Assembly: GCF_016433145.1 (NCBI RefSeq)
Contig: NC_058133.1
Span: 36,080,566 to 36,144,565, forward strand
Direction: 5' to 3'
Length of the DNA: 64,000 nucleotides
Origin: Gracilinanus agilis
Lineage: Eukaryota
The notes beneath the pieces are model-generated. The model searched no databases. It was not told the origin of the DNA and was given only the letters and a program-made list of their open reading frames with translations. Positions 23,201 to 37,320 of the stretch are shown piece after piece (positions within the stretch are counted from its first letter, which is position 1; each line of letters begins with the position of its first letter). The position numbers and the translations under genes were made by a program.

Positions 23201-26200
23201 AGGTTAAAAACTTCTCTAAGGGCAATAGAGCTTATTTATCTTGGTAGTTTCACACTAAGGGGGTATGGTCAGGATTAAGGAACCTGGACAACCTCCCGCT
23301 AAGTTGATATAAATATGAGCGGTACTGATATTTGACAAACCAGTTTAAAGAACACACTTATATAAGGATACAAGATCTCATTGTCACCATGAGTCCTCAA
23401 TTTGACCTGGTTTGGGGAAATGAAGCCACATATATGGCTGCAAACTTAGCTATCAACTCTATCTAGACAAAGATTAATTCTAAATGGTTGACAAATGTTG
23501 AAGGATGACCAGTTTGACACTGGGTAGACTAAGGGAGCTGGAGCCTCTTATGAAGGTAGTCTTAACTGGGCCAGGTGAGACTAAACAAAAAAGGTTAGTA
23601 AAATTACTTTGGAGTCAGGAGTTTTAGTCACAGATATTCATCAGTCATTCTAGCTGTTTCTATCCACATGTCTCCTCTCCTTCAGGGGGAAAAAAAAGGC
23701 CAGTTTAATTAGCTTGTATCAAGTGAGTGCTTAAATTAATTACTTAAATAAGGTAATATAGTAGCTTGAGTGCTAGATTTAGAGTCAGAAGAGATTCAGA
23801 TTCAAATTCTGACTCAGACTAGCTATATAGTCATTAGAAAGCCTTTAACATCTCAAAGCTTTAGTTTTCTCTCTGTAAAATGGGCATAATTTACCTACTT
23901 CAGAGGATTGTATGGAAAATATTTTGTTAGCCTTAAAATACTATATAAGTATGACTTAATATTGTTGAAACTTCAAAGGCAAAGAGACTTTAAGGGTAAA
24001 TCTATATTGATTTTTTTCAGTACCAATTTTTTCAAATTGTCTCTTATTTCTCAAAATCTGTCCTTCAAGGCTGTACTCAAGTCACTACTCTTGTCTTGGG
24101 TAAAGGAATGACTGTTGTCAATCTAGAAGTCACTTAATAGAACCAAAGTACTTTAGCAATATTGGGTCCTTAGAGATTATATATTGCCTAGTAGACAAAG
24201 GGCCAGATTCAGAAAAACAGGATGATCTGGTTTCAAATTCCATATCAAGTACTTTTGTATGAACTTATCCCATATAACCTCCTAGTATGAGATTCCTCAC
24301 TTATAAAAATGGGACAAGAAAAAGCAGGATGATTGTGAGGATCCAATGAGATAACACATGTAAAATGTTTTTTAAATCTTGAAGCACTATGTAAATGTTC
24401 ATTATCATTATAGAAAAATTATTCTCCTTTTCTTGTAGAATGAAGGTCAGATAGAAATGGACCTGGGACAAATCACTATCCTTCTATCATTCTTTTATAA
24501 TTAAATATTATAAATAAATAAATGTGGACTACTCCGCCAGTGGAGGACCATGGGTACAGAACACTATCAGAACATGCTGTCAAACATGCTGTTTTATTGG
24601 TCAATTTTGGTTAACTTTTTTCTTTGCTAAAAGAAGACTTGTTAGTCTGGAGACAGGAAGTGAGAGTCTATCAGGAAATGTCTGAAGGATAAAAAGCAAA
24701 AGGCCATCAAGAAAAGTTTACATTAAATTGAAATGGTTGGAGTATTTGATGCCCACCTAGAAAACCATTCTTCATTTAAAACATTGCACCACTACAATGT
24801 CAAGAGTGAGTGCTTTAAAATGTCACCTTTCACTGAGAGTTTAAGAAGTTCCTATTAACTTAAATCAATTGTTATCCCTTTGAAATAGAACTGAGAATGA
24901 CCTTCAAGTCAAATTGTCATACCAAAACATTGTATCAGCTACTTAATATCCCTGGGCATTACCAAGTTATATGGAACATGAAGCAACCAGGAAACTATGC
25001 CAAAGCTGGAGCGTTATCACCAACCATACAGTCACCCACGATCACTTCGTCAAAAAAACTGATGTATACAATTGAATGTATTTCTAATAGAGGAGTATTT
25101 GGTATGGTGACACATATCTCCAAACTCTGTGGAATGAGAAGCTGAACAAATTCAGAGTCTGATAAAGAAAATCAAAAGCATGTTACATCAGGCTGAGGTA
25201 CCTTATCGTCCCTATCATCCTGTCTGCCAGGGGTTGTATACCAAGGATGCTCTCAGGGAACCCACAGAGGAGGAGCTGCTGATCCTGACACACTTAATTT
25301 AATGACAGAAAGCAGTTAATGATGAGAAGTAAGTTAGGTAACCTCTCAGGGTCCCAGACAACTACCAAAGATAATAAATTTTACACTTCTGTCTATCTGT
25401 ATAAATGGAGAGAATTTCCCTACATTGATGAACTCATAGGTCCAGACACTACTCCTTATCACCCTCCTAAATCAAGAAGCCACCATGCTGGGTAATGGGG
25501 ATAAAGAGACAAAAATGAAACAGTCCCTGTCCTCAAAAAGTTTTGGTTAATTTTTTTCTTTGTTACAAGAGGACTTAATAGTAATGGAGGGAGCCAAAGT
25601 ATATTGGAAAATTTATGAAAGATAAAAATCTACTCTGTGGATAAATGAATATGAAATGATCTGAGGGAAAAACTCACTACCAAGAAGGGAAAAAAGAAAA
25701 GGCTTTGAGCAGGTGTCAGAATCTGGGCTGAGATTTGAATGAAGATACATAGGGGCAGTATAACTATTATTCAGGCTTCTGTGAAGTCTGATAATTTCAG
25801 GGACTTAACCAAAAGTTCTTGCATACCTTAAATTTGCTTCCTAAGATACTTTAGTTATAAAACCAGAAGCTATAACTTGCTAATCGCTTATCTGCATAAA
25901 GTTCAAGCTGCCCCTCTCAGTGGCATGTTTCCAGGACTGGGAAGAGGGTTCTACTTTGGCTTTGCCAGGTCTAACAAGGAGAACCAAACAAATTCAGAAG
26001 CAGCACTGGCTTAAATCCTCTTTTACCTAAAGGTAATGGGTGATATCTGATTTTTAGTTCATTCTCTGTTTTCTGTAAAAAACTGGCTTCAACCTAATCA
26101 GCAGAAAATCTGATGGCTAGGAGTGCACAAAAACAGAAGATTTTTGCATATTAACCCATTTCCTCCAAGTGCTTTTTTTCTTTTTTCTTTTTTTCTTTAA

Positions 26201-28454
26201 CATGAGCAAATCCAAAACCTCTAAATGACAGCTTAGCACAAGCAATCTGGGCCAAGCCGGGTCAGGCCAACACTGCACAGGAAATGCTGAGGAACCGTTT
26301 TTATGAAAAGCACCGACATAGAAATGTTCATAGCTAAATCACATATAGGAAGGGAAATCTGAGCAGGAAAGTTCGCCTTCACTGAAAACTCCAAAGCTTC
26401 AAATCTAAAGGCAGTACAGCTGCTTCCCCCAGCCAGTGCCTTACCATATGGTAAGTGGTCTAGCAAAAAAAGAGAAAAGCCAAGGGTCAAACAGCATCTT
26501 AATGATAAGGCCTTACTAAACTGACTATTTCACATATGCTCCCCATCAAAAGAATGAAAGCAAGTCAGGCTAGGACAAGCACCCTCAATTTGTTATTACT
26601 GAGCTATCAAACAACATCTGGTTAACAGGAATCATTACACAGTAGCCAGGAAAGTTTAAATGAAGAGAATGACAGCACTAAGAAATGAGGCCTTCATTTA
26701 AAATGGGCATTTTTACAGGTCCTTAAGCTCAAGAACTTCAGGACTCCACAAACCAAGTAAGTATCCTAGGTCAGAGATTTGCGCATCTACCTTCAGGTAG
26801 GTTGACTGCTGAGATGAAAGAGAAAGAAGAGAGAAGAGCTGCTTTGGGAATTCTGTGTTCAAGATCCCTAAATCTTGAAAACTATTGGAATAGATTATCT
26901 GGACTGTTTCTTCCCTAGTCTTACTGGAGGAAATGTGTATAAAGCCCATCTCTTCAAACTGAACTGGAGAAATCACTTAACTCTTATCTTGGCTTTAAAA
27001 GAGAATGGGAGTTGAAAGGAATGATTAGAATCAAGTTAGGGAACTGCTGTAGACATTCTGGCTGATCCTACATAAAGACCGAATACCTGGCCAGGCCCCC
27101 AAGGCAGGACTCTTTCTGGCTTAGTGCTAAAGGAAGAGAGAGGAAGTGAAAGACCACACCATTTTCCATCTGTCCTCACAAATTGTAGAAGTTGTTGGGT
27201 TCACTGAGAGTTCTGCCAGTGATCACAGACAAAAAAGAGGCAGAGGCATAGACTACCAAAAGATAAAATCTGATTTTAACATTTAACAAATACCTTCCAG
27301 AAGGAGCAAGGGTGGAGAGAAGGATACCAGGAGAACATCATTAAATTAAGTAGGACACATTAAGTGCTTGCATGCACATAACACTGGCCTTGGTCACCGA
27401 CTGAAAATCAGCAGATAGAGTCCCCCTGCCTTCATAGGCTTGGAATCTAATAAGAGCACCAACTGGGAGGTGGGCAGGAATGGGGCCTCACTGTTTTTGG
27501 CATTTCAGTAGGGTCACAGGGCCATTAAGTGATGAATGTCAGCAGATCTTTCTTATTCTAGTTCCCCCAGATTGATCATTGACCCAGGTGATCCTCTCCC
27601 ACTCTCATTGTCAGAGCTGGAAAATTTGATAACTGAGCCAACCCTGGGCCTCCTTGAATCACACTCTGGCCTTCTCTTATACACAGAAGTTCTATTCAGT
27701 ATCATGCTTATTTCTGCCCATCTTCTCTCCCTTATCTCTTGCTTAGTACAATCTTGCTCTTATTGTCATAGTTGTGTCCTCTGCATTTTCATGTACTTTC
27801 ACAGGAAAGGCACAAGCAATAGAGCTTGGACTTACAATTTCATTTGCATAAGGAACAATTGTTGGGAAGAAGTGAATTTTCTGCTTTTTACAGTCTTTTG
27901 GGAGTTATCCAGTCCTGATGGATCATGGAACTCTTTCAGCCAGGGATCAAACCTCCTGGTTCTGAGGCTACTTCTCTCTCTAACATGCCACATCACCATG
28001 ACCCCATATGAACAAGTGACAAATGATGAGGCCAGAATACTGATATCAATCTTCACAACCAAACACTCAAAACAGAGATGGAGCTAGCAACAAGCTAGGT
28101 CAAAATGTCATCTTTTTTTTCTTTGTTTTAATTTAGAGACTCATACAAACATAGGAAGTTTTGTTGATGACTTCTCAAGATTTTTTTAAAAAGCCTATAT
28201 ATTTTTTCAGAAGAATTTTTTCCCCTGTATATTAAAGGTTCCTTTATGGCAAGGGAAAAAGTGCTGTTTGAAAAACAGTCCTACCCTACTTTTGCTTTGT
28301 TTTGTATGTCTGGAAAAAAAGAAGCTTTAACAGTTATATTGTATGTTTTAAAACCCTTGCCCAATCTCCAAGCCCTGGATCACTCTACTAGCTTGCTTGA
28401 GGTGACTCCACTGTCCCCTGCTGGCTAGAAATAGCCCAGGGCTTCTGGCCACAT

Positions 28455-29150
28455 GGAGAATCACTGAAGTTCAAAGTGGAAAGGGGCTTCTGCCATCTAG
28501 TTCAAGCCATGCCCACCAAAGTATCCCTATTTCAACATATGCAGTCTGTGGTCATCTGGTTTTTGTTTGCTCCAATAAGGGAGAAATCATGACCTTCTTG
28601 GACAGCCTAGTCCACTTTCAGATGGCTCTAAAGCAGGGGTCGGCAACCTTTTTGGCTGTGAGAGCCATAAACGCCACATTTTTTAAAATGTAATTTTGTG
28701 AGAGCCATACAGTGCTCACAGTGTGCACTCCTGTAACAGCACCTGAAAAAAAATTGATTTTATGGCTCATGCAGAAAGAGCCATATCTAGCCCTTATGGC
28801 TCGAGAGCCATATGTTGCTGACCCCTACTCTAAAGGTTGGGATTATGTCAAACCTCAATTCTCTTCTTCCCAATTCTCATCTATTGCTACCTTTGCCCTC
28901 CAGGAACAAATTGAACCAACTGGCTCACCCTTCTACACAGCCACCTTTGAAATACTTGAAGACAACTATCAGCCTCTCCTCTCAAAGCTGAACATTACTC
29001 CTTCCCCCCAATGATTCTCAATCTGGCATGAAGGCCCTACAGAATTCTGCTTGTGCCCCTTTGGATATTCTCCAGATAATCCACATCATTCCTAATCTGG
29101 AACACCCAGAATTAAGCACCAGACTCTAGAGAGGATTGAGCCAGGGTGGA
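28455..29150 (-). mobile_element. L3/CR1 3' fragment interrupted by a hAT MITE (approximate)
   Basis: agaatc...gccatctagttcaagcc...gacagcctagtccactttcagatggctctaa...gaaatacttgaagacaactatc; typical antisense CR1 3' end. Confidence 0.65.
28634..28827. mobile_element. Non-autonomous hAT MITE, 194 bp
   Basis: TIRs caggggtcggcaac / gttgctgacccta; perfect 8-bp TSD ctctaaag (28626-28633, 28828-28835); repeated gagagccata subterminal motif. Confidence 0.92.
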
Positions 29151-32100
29151 AAACAAGAGAATTAAGGGTCTGGTGGCACATTTTTCCAGGAGGTCACTGT
29201 GAGTGTGAGCAACAAATGTGGTTGTGCCATCAATCAGGAAATTCATATGCAAAAGGGCAGCTATAAAGTTAGTAGTGGGGGTGGGGAGGGGGCTAGCAAG
29301 TGGTTTCTGAATCCGACTGAGTTCCTTTCCCCAAATGAATGGCCATTCGGCTTCCTCATTTTTCTCATTAGAACAGGACCTCTGTCGGTCATCCTTAAAA
29401 GTGAGAAGTTACACTGATTCCCCACTCTATAGAAGCTTTGCTTTATGAGAAGCATCACAGTAGAGCAGTGGATAGATAGCTGGCCTCAAAGCCAGGAAGC
29501 CCTGTATTTGAGGGCCACCTTGGACACATTGTGGCTGTTTGATGCTAGGCCAATCTTAACTTCTCAGTACTTTAGGCAGCTCTCTAAGATAAGAGGTTGC
29601 AGAGACGGTGCCATCCAGCTTTAATGGGGGGAATTTCCTCATCTGAGAGTTCCTTCTACCAATGAAATCCTAGGGTCAGTCTCTATTTCCATCTCTACAA
29701 GACTTTACTTACCTGTTCCTATCACCTCCCTTCCAAGAAGCCCATGTAAGTAAACCACAGTATCAGGGCTTAAGTGACCTGCTTATGAAAAAAGAATCTA
29801 TTTGACTTCTCAAGCCAGTTAATATTTCTAACGATAAGCCTTATGTTTCATTCAATTTTAACTATCTTCAATACGAGATCTTATGATTTCATTATGCCAC
29901 TTATATATCCTCTTTAAAATCTGCCATTACAAATTATATGTATTCCATTTAGTCATTACAAAGTTCTACATGTTAAAGAACCTAACAGCTTCCTGGCTGT
30001 AGAAGTCCTCTGTGATGGGTAAATATCCCTGAGATGCCTGGCACAAAATCCTTTGCATTTAAAAAGGCTTATCATTCTAGGGAGATTTATTTGGAAAAGT
30101 TCTAGTAAACTAGGGAAACCAATTCAACATTTCCACCCACAACATCGCAGCCATAAGTTCAATTCATGTTATCAAGAGGCACTAGGATTTAGGGGTACAA
30201 ATGTGAAATTCATATTTTATAAGTGAAACCATAGCTACTCTAAGAAATAAAGTCACCCCCACCCCAGTCACCATCAACTCTATGGATGTAAGCCATCCCA
30301 AACTATTGAAACGACACCCCAAAATAGGCAAGGCAGCATCACTAATTTCTACTGAATAAAAAGTCAATCATAACTGAGTAAGTGCCAGCTCAAAGGTCTG
30401 GCCAGGGTCCAGCTAAGGGCTAGAAGCTGCTCTCACAGTGCCCCAGAGGGGATGAGACCTCCCTATCTTCCCCCTGGTGCCCTCCCTAATTATTAACAAC
30501 ACCCATCACTGACAGGGAGGAAATAGGGAAGGCTTTCTGAAAAAGGCAGCATTAGAGCAGATGGGCTTTAAAAGGACATGTAGGAAGGCAATCCAGATGT
30601 AGAGATTAAGGTTTCATTATATCAAGCTAAGCAACTAAAGGAAAAAGTCCATTAGCTTTCAAGGGGATTTCTTCAGAGAATGAAATCCAAAATGAAAATG
30701 CAATTTTTGTGTATAGCACTGCTTAAATCTAGTCATTGGTCAACCAATCTTTACTGACCTGAACCATGGGCCTAGTTCTCTTCTCAGGATGACATATACC
30801 ATGCTTGTTTTAGAAAAGGGGAGCTCTTAGCCTGAATACAACTCTCATTTCTCCCCATCTGGGTCAAGGATGCCTGCAGGACTGTGGCAGATGGCTTTTT
30901 TGTTGAAATGGTTTAACTTAATTCCTGCCCATTTAGTGGACTCGTGCATGACCCAAGGCTTCCCAAGATGAACCAGAGTATGACTCAGATGAACTTGAAA
31001 GAGAAGGGGCTTCATTCTTGAAAGGTTAAGTAACCTGTGTGCTTAATTTTGTGGTTGGCCTGGTGCTCTGCACTCCTGGGAGGCAGAGGAGGCTGAGTTA
31101 CTAGGCTGCCTGAAACCGGAAATACTGGGGCTTAAGCATGAGGTTCCAAAGTGCCACCATGGTGTGGTGAGAGGGCTATTTCTGATCATCTGACCAGAGC
31201 CAGGATTGTGGCCAGGCTTAAAACAGAAAACAGAAACAAAACTCAATCAGATTTGTTGTGTCTTTTGTAAAAACCGTCTCCAAAAGATTAACCAAAACAC
31301 TAAGTGACAGGTCTCTAAGTTATACAGTTTTGCCAAATTTTCGAACTGAACCCAAAGGTTCAGACTTTTTAAATAGAGAAAACAATCATTTAAAGTGGCA
31401 TTTCAAACAGCACAGAATAACTTGGGGCCATAAGTAAATATGCCTCACTTTTCTCTAATACATGGTTTCATTTCATGTAAACCAAAATAGGGATTTAAAA
31501 TCCCAATCAACCACATACCCATGAGTATCCATGAAATACTGGTAAAATGAAGATGAAAAAGGCTTCTCAGTAAGGTATAAAACCCATTCTAAATTATAAG
31601 CAGGTCCAGTTAATTAATTCCTGTTCCAAGATGATGTTCGGTTTTCTAGGGAAAGAGTCCTAGGCCTGGAGCCAGGGAACCCCTCACCTCTCTGAACCTT
31701 GGCTCTTTCATCTATAAAATGGGATAGATCTGCATTATGAGAACAATGTATGTAAGAGCATCCTGCAAACCTTCCATCATTACAGAAATGTTGGCTGCTA
31801 TGATAGGAAAGGGAATAAGCATTCATATTGATATAGTCTTGCTATGGGTCAGGCTCTGCTCTCATAGGGCCCTTCAGGGGATGAAACACCCAGATTTGCA
31901 CAATCCTCACCACTGATGTGGGGCAGGGAGGAAACCAGAAGGCTTCATGGAAGAGGCAGCATGAGAACTGGGTTAATTACCCAGCCACCCACCCCCAGTC
32001 TAGTTCCCTGTCACCTATTCTGGACTCATCTTTAATTCAGTGTGTCCAAAAACAAATTCATTGTCTTTATCCTGTCCCTTATCTTCTTCTTTAAAGGGCA

Positions 32101-32844
32101 TCACTATCTTTCCAGATCCAACTTCTACAAGTTGCTCACTCTAGTTCCATTCTCTCTATTCACAGCCACTCCTTGGGTGCAGGCCTGTACCTCCTCTTGC
32201 TGGGTCCACTGAAATAGCTTCTTCATTGGTCTCTCTGCCTCCAGGCTTCTCTTCTTCTGAACCAACTTACAAAAACTGCTAAATTGCAATTCCTAAGACA
32301 AGTTTGATCATGAACTCTCTTGCCTTTCTGCATGTGGGTAGCCCACTTCCTCATGATGTACACCTTTCTCATTTCTGCTTGAGAAAAATCCTTTTGCCTC
32401 CTCAAGGTCCAAATCAGGAGCCCTTTGGATGAATTTCTTCAGAGCACTTCATCTGAATCTTTCCTTTGCCCTGAGATATTCTACCTTGGTTCCCTATACC
32501 CATTCACATAGGCTGTGAGTTCTATGAGAGCAAAGACTGTGTTGGTTTTCATCTTCACCTAAATCCAGTTTCTCATTTAACAGATGAAAAAATTGAGGCC
32601 CAGCGCTGTTCAGTAACTTGCTCATGGTCCCACAGACAGGAATGATCAGAGCTGGAATCTGAACTTGAGTCTTGTGACTCCAAGGACAGAGCTCTTCTGA
32701 ATGTCCCAGATTGCCTCCTACAATCAAAGTTCATCAATGTTGGTTGAACTGAACTGAACTGGGTCTCAAATTTACTTTTATAAATAAATGATCATGGGTC
32801 AGCTAATCAAATAAAAAGTGAAAGCTAATTAACTGAAAAAAAAT

Positions 32845-33102
32845 GTTTTTTTATTTGAAAAATTTTATTTAATTGGTTAATTTAGAATATTTTCCCATGG
32901 TTACATGATTCGTATTCTTTCCCTCCCCTTTTCTTACCCCCCTCCCATAGCCAACGAGCAATTCCACTGGGTTTTACATGTGTCATTGATCAAGACCTAT
33001 TTCCACATTATTAATATTTGCATTAGGGTGATCATTTAGAGTCTGCATCCCCAATCATATCCCCATCAACCCATGTGATCAAGTAGTTGTTTTTCTTCTG
33101 TG
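32845..33102 (-). mobile_element. L1 3' end fragment
   Basis: T-tail, then catggttacatgattc...gagcaattccactggg...gatcaagacctatttcc. Confidence 0.85.
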
Positions 33103-34599
33103 CTGAAACCATTTAAAAGAACAATTAATCTCCCAGCATTTGGTAGCACTTTAGAAGCTCCCATTCCAAAACAAATAGTTTTACATTCTCATTCCATTAA
33201 AAGCAGTCCAAAAGAATACTTTGTTCAAGTTATTGCATCTTCTTGAAAATAAAACAGCTTTTGAAAAGCAAAGCTACTCTCATTCAGCATGGATTTCCCT
33301 ACAATTTGTCCAATTAAGTAAGATTTCTAGGCTCTAGAGTTGAAGAGATCTTGGGAACAATCCAATGCAGCGAGTGGATAATTCCACAGACCCAGAGGTC
33401 CAGAGACATGGGCAATTTGTTTAAGGCCACACAACAGTGAAAAGCAGAGTCATCCAACATCCAAACCAATGTCTGTCAAACCCAGGACCAGGGCTCTTCT
33501 CCATGCTTTACCAAAGCCCTGTTTTATCTTCACCCTTGTATTAAAAAAACAAAAAGGAGCAAGACTCTTATTGAAGTTCACTTGCAATCATTCTGAACTA
33601 ACTTCTTTTTCAGTTAAGGAAACTTGGGGATCCACAGGGAGGATTGCCTTGGTGTAGTGAAAAGAGCATTGGATTCAAACCCTGTTTCTGCCACTTACAC
33701 CCTGAGTAAGTGATTTCTCTAACCAGGGCCTCAGATTTTACGTGCAAATTGTGAGAGTTGGACAGTTAACCTCTCAAGCCTCTCCCAGCCTGCACCTCAC
33801 AACTGCTCCTTTTCACCCTCACTGTTGTATACCTCATTAACAAAGACTTCAGAGTTTTTGGACTCTGGAGAGTAGAGGCCACAGAAGATCCATCACATGT
33901 TTACTGAATCAGAAAGACCGATTCTTCACTAGGTCAATAACAGTAACTTTTATCAGATTTTTGTATTGGAAGTCCTAGTGAGAATTCTTATCTTTCGAGA
34001 TCTCTCTGACTTTGAATGTGGCTATCTTGGACCCAAACTGTTGTTCACTCCCACATTTCTCATGTAAACAGAAAGCAAGATGGTTCAAACATCAAAACCC
34101 ACAGACCATCCTAAACCTCACTTCTACCTCTGGTTTTCATCACCTTCCTCTCTGATGCTTTGCAGATTTCAAAAGACAGAAAAGCATTCTGATCTGAAAT
34201 CTAACCATTCTCCCTTTCTTTGGCTACTGCCAATCAAAGCTATCAAGATGAAGAAAGAAAAATCAGAAGGTTCAGATAACTTGAAAATGTGAAATCTCTG
34301 TACTGTACAACCAAAAAGAAAAGAAACATCCTAGGTTGTTAACACAGTGAACAGAGAACTGACAAAACATGCTTCAGAGATCCAGGAAGTACCTTGCACA
34401 TAGTAGTTGCTCAATAAATATTTGGTGAACTGAATAATAGAGAGGTAATTTGGCTAATCTAGTCTTAACATATTATATCTTTATAACTTTTTGGTTCAAA
34501 GAAACACCTGACCAACCTTGTTAAGAGAGAATGTCTCTCTCTTAGAGATCTGCCTAGAGTGAATACTTTCCATTAGAAAATATTAATATTTGATTTTTG

Positions 34600-34810
34600 T
34601 TGTTGAGTAGTTTTTCAATCATGTACAACTCTCCATGACCCCATTTGGAGTTCTCTTGGGAGATACAATGGAGTGGTCTGCCACTTCCTTCTCCAGCTCA
34701 TTTTACAGATGAGGAAATAGAGGCAAAGGTTAAGTGACTTGCCCAGAGTCACAAAGCTAGTAAGTATCTGAGGCCAGATTTTAACTCAGGAAGATCCTTG
34801 CTGCCCCATA
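34600..34810 (-). mobile_element. Mar1-type SINE with RTE tail
   Basis: ctctccatgaccccatttggagttctcttgg...ttttacagatgaggaaa...gtgacttgcccagagtcac. Confidence 0.75.
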
Positions 34811-35689
34811 AATGCTTCTAATTCAATTAGCACACACAAACATCTCAAAGATGTAAAGAGTTTTTAGAATTTTGTTTATGATGTTATTAGATGCTGATAT
34901 TATATAAATACAATTAATACTATTGTCTATAGTATAACAAACTGTTCTATTATCATTCCTTCCTATCAGATCATACGAAACACAGAAAAAATACAACAAA
35001 TTAAAGATGTTTTAAATATCCCAAGCATAAAAATATTCATGTATGTGAATTAGAAAATGTAATTCTACATTTGTATATCTATACCTTCATATTTCCACAA
35101 ATTTTACTAAAATATTTAAATTGATATCATTCTTTTAAAATCCTTAACCAGTTTTTAATTTGACTTGTAATTTAATTTTAATTTAGTTCAATTTTATTTT
35201 ATTTTTAGTTCCAAATTTTCTCCTTTCTTCCTCCCCCTCCTCTAATCCACAGGCAAAGTGACGGTTACAAATATGTAGAGTAAGACAAAACAAATTCCCA
35301 CATCAGCCACGTCCAAAAGAAATCTATGCTTTAACCTACAATGAGTCCATCAGCTCTTTCTATGAACGTGGCAAGCAGGTTTCATTATGAGTCCTTTGGA
35401 ACTGAGACAGATTTGCAAAGAAAGGCTAACAATAGCACATTAAAATGCCCTTTTCTAATTACTGTCTTGTTCAATGACTAGTCTTTGGAGGTCAATAGAC
35501 TCATCAGACAGCCAAGAAGAGTAACTAGCCAGCAAGTCGGCCTCAGAGATAAGGAGAGGGGGCCCCCCCTTATAAGGGAATTCTTTACAACAATTTAATC
35601 ACAGGTCAAGTGCAAACGAAAAAAGAATGATTATCGACCTTTCTTTCTCGTCTGCCTATCTGCTGGGCTCTTAGGTCCTAAACAAAGGG

Positions 35690-35940
35690 AGATAGTACAG
35701 CATATGGAGAAGAATGGTGCTCTTGGAAGTCTTTTATTAGCTGGGTGACTCTAGGCAAGTCATGAAGTATCTTTGAGACTTGGTTTCCACATCTGCAAAA
35801 TGGGAACAGTAATATTTCCACTAATTACTTCATAGCGTTATTGTGAGGCTCAGATAAGGGTTGTGTGTATGTCTACACACACATATGTATAAATGCTTTG
35901 TAAACCTTAAAATAGTATATATGTTTCAGCTATAATAATA
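35690..35940 (+). mobile_element. MIR SINE
   Basis: gtgactctaggcaagtca...tttccacatctgcaaaatggg...ttattgtgaggctcagataa...aatgctttgtaaaccttaaa. Confidence 0.75.
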
Positions 35941-36544
35941 ATTATTATTAAGAATTAACTAATCAAATTTGAGTGCTTTCAAATATTAGGAACTATGTTA
36001 AGCGCTGAAAATACAAAACAAAAAGCAAGACCTTGCCCTCAAAGAATTTACATTCTAATAGAAACAAATTATACTAAACAAGACTGAATTCTGAGTATTT
36101 CCTAGTCAGAAAATGATTTCAAATTCATTGTCTACAAGGTCTATCCCAGCTCTGGAAAGAAGAGTTTATCTAATCACCTGAGAAATGAATGGAGATGATT
36201 TGTGCCAGAGATGTCCATGTGTGACTACTAGAAGTCAGAGGCAGTGCTATGTGTCTTAGTGCCTTGGATCAGAAGAGGAGACCTCTGCTGACTGTAGCAA
36301 TGGAGTGGATGCCAAAGGACCTAGGCTTGGATCTTGGCTTTGCTACTTATTCTCTACATGCTTTCGAGATCAACCCATTCTAATGCCTCTGCTCCTATAA
36401 ATGACATTTTACAAAATCGGTTTATGAAGAGTCAGTAAAAGAGTCATAAAAACAGTGGGGGCTTGACAATAATCCAATGAGTTACTTGGATGAATCATAG
36501 TGGCTATTGTATAACAGTACAAACCAGGCTGAAATACTGTAGAG

Positions 36545-36736
36545 CAGTGGCATCAAACTCAAAAAGAAATAAGATCACTGAACCATATATAAGGATCCCT
36601 GTGGGTTACATATTGGCTGAGAAAACTACTGTATTTTTATTTATTTTGTTAGTATTTCTGAATTACATTTTCATTTGGTTTTTGGTCCCACTTGAGAGTG
36701 TTGCCCAGGCCACATGTTATGAATTTGATACCTCTG
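36545..36736. mobile_element. Older hAT-like MITE
   Basis: TIR-like ends cagtggcatcaaactca / tgaatttgatacctctg; no clean TSD. Confidence 0.6.
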
Positions 36737-37100
36737 CTGGCTTAAATTCATTCTGCTACATTAATAATGGAGCACTTTTTCTTTATTAAGAATTACTGGC
36801 TGGGGGCTGGGAGGAAACAAGGGCCACACAAGTAAAATGAAGTTTAGTTTTCAAAAACAGTTAAATTCTTGCTTTTGATTATGCACAATGTCCTTAAAAT
36901 TTGAATGAGAGCAATTTCTATAGTGCTATCGTATAAAGAATACTGGCCTAGGAATCAAGAAACCTGAAGTCTCAGTACAGCTCTACCACAACCAACTGTG
37001 TGACTTCTAGCAAGTTAAAACATCTCTGGACTTCAGCTTTTTCATTTACAAAAAGAGGGACTGGACTAAGATCATTTCTAAGGCCACTATCATCTCTTAG

Positions 37101-37320
37101 GAGGCAGCTAGGTGGCTTAGTGCATAAAACATAGGGCCAGGAGTCAGGAATACCTTAGTTCAAATCTCAAATAACTTACTAGCTGTGTGGCCCTGGGAAA
37201 GTCTCATAACTATGTTTGCCTCAATTTCCTTCTCTGTAAAATGAGCTGGAGAAGGAAATAGAAAACCACTATAGTATCTTTCCCAAGAAAACCTCCAAGA
37301 CTGAAAAATGACTCACTAGC
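37101..37320 (+). mobile_element. Mar1-type SINE
   Basis: gaggcagctaggtggcttagtg...gagctggagaaggaaatagaaaaccactatagtatctttcccaagaaaacc. Confidence 0.75.

Noticed and set aside
23340-23520. Short protein-like frame (FKEHTYIRIQDLIVTMSPQFDLVWGNEATY...)
   Set aside because: Under 50 codons with no recognisable motif.
27536-28087. 183-aa plus-strand ORF, the longest gap-free non-RPAP2 ORF
   Set aside because: No recognisable domain and no splice context; an ORF of this length is roughly at the chance limit for six frames of 64 kb.
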